Source: a virus
Lineage: Duplodnaviria; Caudoviricetes
IMG/VR virus record: IMGVR_UViG_3300015244_001400
Location: 1-64,000 of that record
Strand: one strand, 5' to 3'
Length of the DNA stretch: 64,000 nucleotides
The position numbers and the translations under genes are program-made. Shown here in pieces: positions 54,001 through 61,654 of this stretch (positions within the stretch are counted from its first letter, which is position 1; each line of letters opens with the position of its first letter). The notes under the pieces were generated by a model. That model did not search any database, had not been told where the DNA came from, and saw only the letters and a list, made by a program, of their open reading frames with translations.

Positions 54001-56929
54001 TTCATTTGGAGCAGCTACTGCTGTTGGAATAGCTTTAGTAAGTTTAGCTGTAGGTCTTGTGGGTGTTGCAACTGCTTTAACAATTTCAGGTATCCAACAA
54101 GATGCTTGGAATAAAGCTTACAACATATTATATAATCAAGGCTTGAGAGAAACTATTACAGACTCTTATATGCAAGATGATGTTGATCCTATAAGTGGAG
54201 AAGCAAGAGGGTTTAGAAAAAATCCTCAAGATGATGAGATTCAGTGGTTAGGAGATTGTGCAAATCTTTGGTTTGAATCTACAGTTAATATGGGACTAAG
54301 ACATGGTGCCACTGACAATACTCCAGACTTTTTAAATGCTCCTGGGTTAGTTGAATCAGGAACTACTGCTGGAGAATGGGATAGAGAATATTTTGGAATA
54401 CATTCAGTTGGTTCTAATGAAGTCCCTCCTACTACAGCTTTAGATTTTCACATGCTTAAGAAATTAACTTACTTAGATGCAAATAGAAAAGGTGGTAGAG
54501 CTTATATTGGCTTAGCTGCTGCTGAAATCTACTTATTTAATCCTGATTATACAAGAAGAAATAAACAAAAAGCTTATGAGCATTTAGGTTTAGAGTATGA
54601 CTGTTGTACAGATTGTGTTGAAACTTTTCCACACAGATTTCATTGGTCAGAACAAGCCTTCCAAGAAGAAGTTACAGACAACTTCAGAATGTTTTTACCT
54701 AATAACTACAAAGATCTTGAAGCTGAGACAGGTAAGTTAACAGATTTGTTTAGAATTCAAAACAATCTTTATGTTCACACTGCAGAAGGTCTTTGGCATT
54801 GTCCTCAAACTTTCCAAGAAAGGGTGACTAGTGATATTATCTCTTTCATAGGTACTGGAGAATATTTTTCTGTGCCTCCTAGAAAGATAGTAGATGATGC
54901 AAACTCTTCAGCAGGTAATGTACATAAGTGGGCAAGAACCAAAACTAAGCATGGTGTCTTATTTCCATCTTGGAAAGAAAAGAAATGGTACTTATTTGAT
55001 GGTCAACAATTAAAACCTATTAGTGATAATGGTAACAGTAACTACTTTAAAACTCACATGGACTTTTTAGTAGAACAACAATACTATGACACTAATTCTG
55101 TAGAGTATCCATATAGAAATAACCCTTCTAGTCCTTTAGGAGTGGGGTTCTTATCTACTTATGATAGTAACAAGGAGAGACTTATCATTACTAAGAAAGA
55201 TATGAAGATTACAAATCTTCCTACTACTCCTTATCAGATTTGTGCTGAAGGACCTCAACCTATTATATTCCCTAACATGGCTCAAGTTATTTCAACAAGA
55301 CTTGCAGCAGGTTGGAAGTATATAGGTATAGAAAATTGTAAGATGAAGTTTGAAAAAACAACTTATGAAAATATTACTACTACAGCTAATCAATATGTTT
55401 CTGTAGCTAATGATATGGATATCTGGGCTTTCTTTGATACTTCAGGTTCTTTCTCAGGGGCAGATTTAGCTCAGATAGAAAGTAGTTTAGATACTTGGAT
55501 TGCAAATGATTTAGTTCCAACAGGTTGGACAGGTAGTGTACATAAAGTAAATAGTCCAACAGAAAAATGGTTAAACTTTGCTAGTGAAATTCCTTTGGCA
55601 AGTAGAGGTAAAGTATTACTAATCTCTTTTGTAAATGAGGCAGAAGGAAGTCAAGGAGGAGGTCCTTATCATAATTCAAGTTTAAATTACTCTGGTCAAA
55701 TTAGTGGCTTATATAATGCTCACTATAATGCTTTTACAGCTGTAGGAGGAATACACTCTACTTTCACAAACTTTGTAGGAATTAATTATCCTATTGCTAC
55801 AATACCAACTTCTAAAGCTTTTATTCTTCATTCTTTAGCTGCTGTTAAAGGAAACAATTATACTTTAGAAGAAGTAAATGACTTACCTGTTAATACTTAT
55901 TTCTCATCAGGAGAATGGTCTTCAGTAAAATCTCAATTACTAAACAATCCTTATGCTGGACTTGTAGATCCTAATGGAGAACCAGGACTAGAACAATACA
56001 ATTGGTTTGTAAAACCTGATAGAAGTAATCAAGGAAGTCCTGCTACTGAAGAATGTGCAGCTAGTGGTCTTATTATTTCTCCTTGTCAATTTGCTTTAGA
56101 CATGAATGTTATTTTAGCTTCTTTGACTACTGTAGTTCCTGTAGAGATAACTAATGTGTATCCTGTGACTCAAGTAGCTTATGAAGAAGGACAAGTATTT
56201 GTACCTCAGACTTTGAACAATGGTTACACTATGTCTTACTCTTTAAAAAGAAATGAGTGGGTAGGATGGCATCCTTACATTCCTAGTTTCTATATGCATG
56301 TTCAAGAGAAGTTTTATTCTTGGCCACAAGGGTCTAGCTACTTGTACAAACATAATAGACCTGATCATTATCAAACTTTCTATGGTGTAAGATATCCTTT
56401 CATTGTAGAGTATGTTGATAATCCAAGTGCTATGACAAGTAAAGTATGGGATAGTATTTTATTCCAAACTGAAGCTAAGAAGTTTGATGCAGTGAATGAA
56501 GAGTACCTAGACCAAAGATATGTTACTTTTAACAAAGCTTTATTCTACAACACTCAACAAACAAGTGGTATTATTACTTTGGCACCTAAACAAGATAGTA
56601 ATGCTAATTACTTATTTCAACAAACTAGTAATACTTTAGGAGTAGCAACTATAGATAGAAATGAAAGAGATTGGACTATGAACTCTATGAGAGACATTAG
56701 AATAGATTACACTATCCCTATGTTCTTAAAAGATTTACCTTCTCTTCAAAACAGTTATTATATAGATAAAGTTGTTAACCCAGCTGCTATTGACTATAAT
56801 AAGGACTGGACACAGCTTGAAAGTTTTAGAGATAAGTTCTTGGTAGTAAGGTTAATATTTGATAACTTTGCTGATACAAGATTAATCTTTAACTTTTCAG
56901 CTTTACAGAGATATGAATCAGAGAGGTAA
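51080..56929 (+). CDS. Tail stabilisation/nozzle protein (P22 gp10-like, crAss type) with inserted domains
   Basis: 1949 aa; GLNTDSS N-terminus; IENRLILGN, HWSEQ, LFRIQNNLYVHT, YTMSYSLKRNEWVGWHPY beta-propeller-like segments. Confidence 0.75.
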   Translation: MAQEKQQGGISVNIPGGLNTDSSLVNQPEGTTRFVFTGVNETKEGDYGFIANEESNQECYDLTAANILGSGYVPIGKVYIGDENNAIFLANPNKNSAIIIVDKNCKVIVSFSDKNQTEKMGFKIGQQIDATFRLRRGCERVVYWVDPKPRMFIFDKEEEFKDPVTGAWDISKFGLFKTYKKIPAVQDIEVVDGGGVLPPGSYNFSVQYLDEDFNPTEFVTSTETVVIYNTPSTSTYREKRGATMQKNDSYLNFENSNKAIKIVFDPTSLDTTFPFYRLAITEANTGQGLVSDTKYTSEISTRNTTFYYTGLNFESTGTQAEVTMFNSIIEKAESIEQIENRLILGNVKGKEINFCRLQKYASKINTDLITKTVVVSTTDKSNAKDPAAHFNGIGYMPGEIYSLAIVYIFADNTTSPAFHIPGKSHNVTNNHMFTAGPTVYPMSNVNNACTDTRYIDNNTCGTDLFWGIDSQGDSLTNEAVRHHRFPLRTDYNIPFVTKVPAAAALTFVKNLAINVSKTGAICPTECPTTEPPAGCTPTLGNFGSPVEFGAYTYSVNYTEDSTPGILSSVIDPQQYVVTVGDNTTQNVSYNANSGNLYGASIVITDIEETFDYPTAPNTVSMTGPTLDPITGMYKYTGTSTATSMTYSITIGIGTQDASDPLYSAEIFGLNFSNIHRPSLLDTNGEEIVGYYIVRQERKESDRTIVDSAVLTSTTKEKNFVAQGLLFPQYANPGEQAAKIKKDTLGLIYPEHKFNDRKYSTFSKIVQQGKFTKINAIASRTKIRDVADGSGYVDGKHKDGERDDDGFTIQIKTRDNITNFANQNKFTLDSTNIKELYYLSALEDKLTQDSANTGVDVFNLACDNKVGIIQLKQNYTFNTVSSLPYVYLYRDILEPYSNFRLTPYYKESRNPETFDPITNTSTVAIWNGDSYISSIRYVNSVYFDTRMKKRAGKTSVWNYIIAAILVVVAVVVTIFSFGAATAVGIALVSLAVGLVGVATALTISGIQQDAWNKAYNILYNQGLRETITDSYMQDDVDPISGEARGFRKNPQDDEIQWLGDCANLWFESTVNMGLRHGATDNTPDFLNAPGLVESGTTAGEWDREYFGIHSVGSNEVPPTTALDFHMLKKLTYLDANRKGGRAYIGLAAAEIYLFNPDYTRRNKQKAYEHLGLEYDCCTDCVETFPHRFHWSEQAFQEEVTDNFRMFLPNNYKDLEAETGKLTDLFRIQNNLYVHTAEGLWHCPQTFQERVTSDIISFIGTGEYFSVPPRKIVDDANSSAGNVHKWARTKTKHGVLFPSWKEKKWYLFDGQQLKPISDNGNSNYFKTHMDFLVEQQYYDTNSVEYPYRNNPSSPLGVGFLSTYDSNKERLIITKKDMKITNLPTTPYQICAEGPQPIIFPNMAQVISTRLAAGWKYIGIENCKMKFEKTTYENITTTANQYVSVANDMDIWAFFDTSGSFSGADLAQIESSLDTWIANDLVPTGWTGSVHKVNSPTEKWLNFASEIPLASRGKVLLISFVNEAEGSQGGGPYHNSSLNYSGQISGLYNAHYNAFTAVGGIHSTFTNFVGINYPIATIPTSKAFILHSLAAVKGNNYTLEEVNDLPVNTYFSSGEWSSVKSQLLNNPYAGLVDPNGEPGLEQYNWFVKPDRSNQGSPATEECAASGLIISPCQFALDMNVILASLTTVVPVEITNVYPVTQVAYEEGQVFVPQTLNNGYTMSYSLKRNEWVGWHPYIPSFYMHVQEKFYSWPQGSSYLYKHNRPDHYQTFYGVRYPFIVEYVDNPSAMTSKVWDSILFQTEAKKFDAVNEEYLDQRYVTFNKALFYNTQQTSGIITLAPKQDSNANYLFQQTSNTLGVATIDRNERDWTMNSMRDIRIDYTIPMFLKDLPSLQNSYYIDKVVNPAAIDYNKDWTQLESFRDKFLVVRLIFDNFADTRLIFNFSALQRYESER

Positions 56930-56957
56930 AGTTTAATCTTTAATAAACTAAATAAAA

Positions 56958-59462
56958 ATGTTACAACCTAAAAAAAATAAAGTCAACAAAGCTTTAAATA
57001 CTGCTGTAAAAACAACAGAGGCAACTATGTTTGGATTAGCTTTAAATGAAGTACCTGGAGTAGAAACTCTGTATGACATAGGTAATATTTTTAAAAGTTT
57101 ATCAGAAGGAGATTATAAAAAACTTGCTTCTAATACTATAGGGGCTCTTTTACCTGGTGTATCAGGTAAAGCAATTGAAGCTGTTGCTGAAGATTGGTTA
57201 CCTCCTACTCCTGAAATAGAAAAAAAGAAAATGCAGTTTAATCTTCAAAGTTCACCTGCAGACAGACAAAAATATTTAAAAAAATATGGCCCAGGCTATT
57301 TAAACAATCCACAATTCATAAAGGACCAAAAATTGGCTTATGGAACTAGCTCTCAAGGAATTATGAAAAAATCAATGAACCCTAGAAAAAAATATGCCAA
57401 TGGTACTAATACTGCTGGTGTTGGACCTAATAATTATATTCAAACTCCTAATGAAGTATTGAATGATTATAATATTATGTTAGCTAAAGCAGACTTAGAG
57501 GTTGCTAATAACAAGTTAGTTCCTATTGTTTCTATGATAGGGGGATTAGCCCAAGAGACTTTAAAATTTGCAGGAGCAGGAGGGTTTAGTAAAGCTCCAG
57601 CAACAACTCCAACAGCTGCTAATGGAATGAATAATGTAGAAGAGGATGTAGAAGTAGAGGGAGGAGAAATGTATGAAACACCTCAAGGAGAAGTAGGAGA
57701 ATTTGAAGGGCCTAGCCATGAAGAAGGAGGAATTCCTTTAGAAGTTGGAGAAGATGTAGAAGAAGGTACTAAAGTTTACTCAGACAGACTTAAAGTAGGT
57801 AAAGAAACTTTAGCTGAAAGAAAAGAAAAAAGAGAAAAACAGATAGCTAATCTTGAAAAGATTGCTTCTGAACCCTTAGTTGATTCTGCTGTTAAGAATG
57901 CTACCAAAAGAAAAATGGAAGCTATTCAAAAAGAAGAAATGGCTGACTTACAATTTCAAGAGCAAATAAACAATATGCAAGCAATGGCTGACAATGTCAT
58001 TAAAGCTTTTGGTACAAGTGTTGAAGGAATTCAAAAAATGGTTGCAGGAGGCGTAGTAGGAGATCCTCCTACAGGTTTTGGGTTAAGAGCTAGAGGTTCA
58101 AAAGGAATAAAAGGAGTTGAAGATATAGCTGATCAATACTATGCTCCTGAAGATTTCAAAGCAAGTAACAATTATTGGCAAGCTAAACTTAGAGAATCAG
58201 AAGGAGATAAATATAGACAAAGAGATTTAAATACTCTTGAAGATAGAAAAGAATTTCAAAGTTTCCTTTATAAAGACAATCCTTTAGCAGGTAAAAAAGG
58301 TGTTGAAAAAAGTGCTATGGGAGACCGTAACTATGATTACACTATTGATGGAGTATTAGGAAATACTGCTCATTATACAAATAACACACTTAGTTTAGGG
58401 TCAGATATGAATAATTATGTAGACCCTATTACTGGAGACCCTATAGTTAAAACAGACACACCAGCTTCACCTCCTTTAGAAATGAGTTATGAAACCCCAG
58501 GTTTTGCAGAAGGTTTTGGAGTTAACTCAGAAGGTTATACTGGAGATGAGTACACAGGAGATCCTGTAACTATTGCTGCTCAAGAAGATATGAATTTTTA
58601 TACTCCAGGTGGAGTAGGTACTCCTATTGATAATCCTGAAGGTACTATGTTAAGTAGAGCACTTGGTAAGGCAGGTAAAGGTCTTGGTAATGCTGCCACT
58701 AAAGTAGGCACTGCTATAGATAAAGCAGGGGGACTTCCAGGAATGGGAGATCTTGTAGGTATGTTTGGAAACTACTTAGGGGCTAATGCAGGTCTTAAGA
58801 CTGCTGCTGAACAAAGAAGTTCTGACATTACTCATAGAAATGTTTATGCTAATGCAGGTAAAGAGTCTCAAAAGCTATTAGATAATGCTATGGGGGCTAT
58901 TGAAAATAATAAAGCTCAAGCAATTGTAAAAGCCACTACTACAACTCAAGGAGGTAAAAAATCTGGTAGAAATTCTGCTAGAGGTATAAATGCTAAGAGA
59001 GGTATGGATTGGTTATATGATACAGCTTTAGGAGAACAGATAACAGCTATCAGTACTAATGCTGCTACTCAAGCAGCAGAAATCTATAAAGCTAAATCTG
59101 GAGTTGCTTTGAATGCAGATCAAATGAAAGGACAAGGAGAATACCAAGCTAATATGGCTAATGAAGCTTCTAAAGATGCTTACTTTACTGCTAAAGCTTT
59201 GGGCCGCAAGGATCAAGCTCTAGCTGTACAACACATGGGTAAAGATTTAAACTCTATGAAACAGAATAAGATGATTGAAAATCTTATGAAAGGTTATGGT
59301 AAATATGTTGCTTTAGATAAGTCAGGTAACATGACTAATAAAACTAAAGCTGCAAAAACTAAAACTTCTAATGTAGAGATACCTGATGGTAAAGGAGGAA
59401 CAATTTCAATGACTCCTACAGAATTTCAAGAATTAATGAACAAAGTTACTAAAACAAAATAA
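56958..59462 (+). CDS. Putative ejection/cargo protein 1
   Basis: Large, Ala/Gly/Lys-rich, helical; EVEGGE...GPSHEEGG motif; follows the tail genes. Confidence 0.6.
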   Translation: MLQPKKNKVNKALNTAVKTTEATMFGLALNEVPGVETLYDIGNIFKSLSEGDYKKLASNTIGALLPGVSGKAIEAVAEDWLPPTPEIEKKKMQFNLQSSPADRQKYLKKYGPGYLNNPQFIKDQKLAYGTSSQGIMKKSMNPRKKYANGTNTAGVGPNNYIQTPNEVLNDYNIMLAKADLEVANNKLVPIVSMIGGLAQETLKFAGAGGFSKAPATTPTAANGMNNVEEDVEVEGGEMYETPQGEVGEFEGPSHEEGGIPLEVGEDVEEGTKVYSDRLKVGKETLAERKEKREKQIANLEKIASEPLVDSAVKNATKRKMEAIQKEEMADLQFQEQINNMQAMADNVIKAFGTSVEGIQKMVAGGVVGDPPTGFGLRARGSKGIKGVEDIADQYYAPEDFKASNNYWQAKLRESEGDKYRQRDLNTLEDRKEFQSFLYKDNPLAGKKGVEKSAMGDRNYDYTIDGVLGNTAHYTNNTLSLGSDMNNYVDPITGDPIVKTDTPASPPLEMSYETPGFAEGFGVNSEGYTGDEYTGDPVTIAAQEDMNFYTPGGVGTPIDNPEGTMLSRALGKAGKGLGNAATKVGTAIDKAGGLPGMGDLVGMFGNYLGANAGLKTAAEQRSSDITHRNVYANAGKESQKLLDNAMGAIENNKAQAIVKATTTTQGGKKSGRNSARGINAKRGMDWLYDTALGEQITAISTNAATQAAEIYKAKSGVALNADQMKGQGEYQANMANEASKDAYFTAKALGRKDQALAVQHMGKDLNSMKQNKMIENLMKGYGKYVALDKSGNMTNKTKAAKTKTSNVEIPDGKGGTISMTPTEFQELMNKVTKTK

Positions 59463-59464
59463 TC

Positions 59465-61612
59465 ATGGGACAATTTTATAGAGGTACACCAGCAGAGTTT
59501 CTTGATGACAAGATGTACAAAGCTCCTTATGAGTTAATGGCTAGTGTCATTGACAAAAAAGATAAAGCTATTGATGACACTATTGGTGAATATCAAGCAT
59601 ACTTAGATAAGCTAAAAGCTGATGTACTAGAACAGGATTCTCCTGAACTAAAAGCTACTATACAACAATATCAAACTAGAATTGATAATGCTGTACAAGG
59701 TATTGTTAGTGACCCTATGAATTATCAAAAATTTACTCCAGACTTAAATACTCTTGGAAGAGATATTACTAATACTTGGAGTACTTCAGGTAAGGTAGGT
59801 ACTATGGAAGCTAATAAGAAAAAAGTATTAGCTGAATATGATGCTTTAGATAAATTAGCTAAAGAGAAAGGATTTGAAGGAGAGTATCTTGCTGCAGAGA
59901 AAAAGAAAATTTTAAATAAATATAAAGGAGTAGAATGGGATGAAGAAAGAAGTAAAGCTATGGGAGCTCCTGAAATTGCAGATGCTTACCATAAGTTAGA
60001 CTTTGATGATAGCTTCTTAAATCATTTAAAAGCTCAGAAAATTTCAAGAACTAAAGACACACCTGGAGGCCCTTGGGTTTATAGACATGAAGGTAGCAGT
60101 GAAGTATTGAGCCCTAATGATATTATGAGTGCCTATATGTTACAAGCTAATGCTGACCCAGCTACTAAAGCTGCTTTGGAAAGAAGAAATGCTTTAGGTC
60201 AAGCTGGATTTGAAAGTGTAGGACTTAATGAAGTTTATGTTCAAGTACCTGAAACTGATGCTAATGGAAAACCTATTATGGAAAATGGTCAACCTAAGAT
60301 GAGAGAAGTTCTTAACCCTAATAACTATTGGGCTAAGAAAATGGGAGCAGCTTCAGAAACTTACAAAGTAAATAACCAAGAGACTAAAGATACTTTAAGT
60401 GAAAATTCAGGTTATTACAAAGAAATGGGTTGGGCAAGAGAAGATGATAAAGAAGCTAAAGAAAATGTTACTGCTGAAGTTATAGATGAAACTACTATTG
60501 AAACTAGGGATTCTACAGTAGATAATCTTGCAAATAACTACACTAATTCAAGCACTAAAGTTTTTAATAATGTTCAAAAAGCTTTAACTATAGCTAAAAC
60601 ACTAGGTATAAAACAAGGTACAGCTGCTTTTAATCAAATAAAAAGTGGTAACTTTACAGCATTAAGAACAGCAGGAAAAAACAAAGAAGGCTTTGCAGCA
60701 ACTGTAGATCAATTAGAAAAAGAATACAAAAGAGCTGCAGCAGAAAAAGGTATGGCTTCTGCAAGTATGGATGCTTTTACAAATAGTCTTCCAGCTGATC
60801 TTAAGAAAATTATGTATACTACTAAGTGGAGATCTAATCCTAAAATTAGAGAGGCTTACAAAACTTATACAGAAAAAGCTCATGCTGAGAAGAAATTTAA
60901 TGCTGTGAATGTGGAAAATCAAGTTACTAGTTTAAATGATATGGACTTATCTAAAGGGACTAAAGAATCTTTTAAAAAGGTTATAAATGATGACTTAGAT
61001 AAATTCCGTTTTAAATTAGGAGGTGCACAAGGTGATGAACAAATCATGGAAACTGCAAAAGGAACTAAGATTGCTTTCACAACCAAAAAATTATTAGATG
61101 GAAAAGTAGGGACTAGAAATGGTCAAACTGTAACTTATGTTTATAATCCTACTGGAGATCACTCTTTAGCTGAACTTCAAAAATTAGGAATAGTTAGTTC
61201 ATCAGTTGTTACTGATGGTAAAGGAACTAAGAAAAAATATACTTACTTTGAGAATGGTAAAGAAGTAGGGATGGATGTAGCAGAAGATACTTTTGGAGTT
61301 GTAAAAGCTTTTGACACTAAAGGACAATCTAATATGGGAGTTCATATTCAAATGGGTAAAAATGTTGTTAGAGCTACTCTAGGAAGTAATCAAGTAAGTA
61401 GTCCTGAAATAAGAAATTGGTTTAATGAAAATGATGAAAGACTTTATTTTGAAAATCAAAATTCCAAAACTAACTGGCAAATGATTAAAAAAGAGGTTAA
61501 AGATGGTGGTAACACTTATCTTATGGATCAGGGAAAAGCTTACATAAATGGGGTAGAAAGAACAGATGCTTTAGGTATAAAAGCTATCAAAAAAGTTGTA
61601 ATGGGTCTTTAA
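59465..61612 (+). CDS. Putative ejection/cargo protein 2
   Basis: MGQFYRGT...YKAPYELM N-terminus; 715 aa, helical. Confidence 0.55.
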   Translation: MGQFYRGTPAEFLDDKMYKAPYELMASVIDKKDKAIDDTIGEYQAYLDKLKADVLEQDSPELKATIQQYQTRIDNAVQGIVSDPMNYQKFTPDLNTLGRDITNTWSTSGKVGTMEANKKKVLAEYDALDKLAKEKGFEGEYLAAEKKKILNKYKGVEWDEERSKAMGAPEIADAYHKLDFDDSFLNHLKAQKISRTKDTPGGPWVYRHEGSSEVLSPNDIMSAYMLQANADPATKAALERRNALGQAGFESVGLNEVYVQVPETDANGKPIMENGQPKMREVLNPNNYWAKKMGAASETYKVNNQETKDTLSENSGYYKEMGWAREDDKEAKENVTAEVIDETTIETRDSTVDNLANNYTNSSTKVFNNVQKALTIAKTLGIKQGTAAFNQIKSGNFTALRTAGKNKEGFAATVDQLEKEYKRAAAEKGMASASMDAFTNSLPADLKKIMYTTKWRSNPKIREAYKTYTEKAHAEKKFNAVNVENQVTSLNDMDLSKGTKESFKKVINDDLDKFRFKLGGAQGDEQIMETAKGTKIAFTTKKLLDGKVGTRNGQTVTYVYNPTGDHSLAELQKLGIVSSSVVTDGKGTKKKYTYFENGKEVGMDVAEDTFGVVKAFDTKGQSNMGVHIQMGKNVVRATLGSNQVSSPEIRNWFNENDERLYFENQNSKTNWQMIKKEVKDGGNTYLMDQGKAYINGVERTDALGIKAIKKVVMGL

Positions 61613-61654
61613 TCTTCATATTAAAATTTAATAAACTTTAATCTTAATTAGAAT

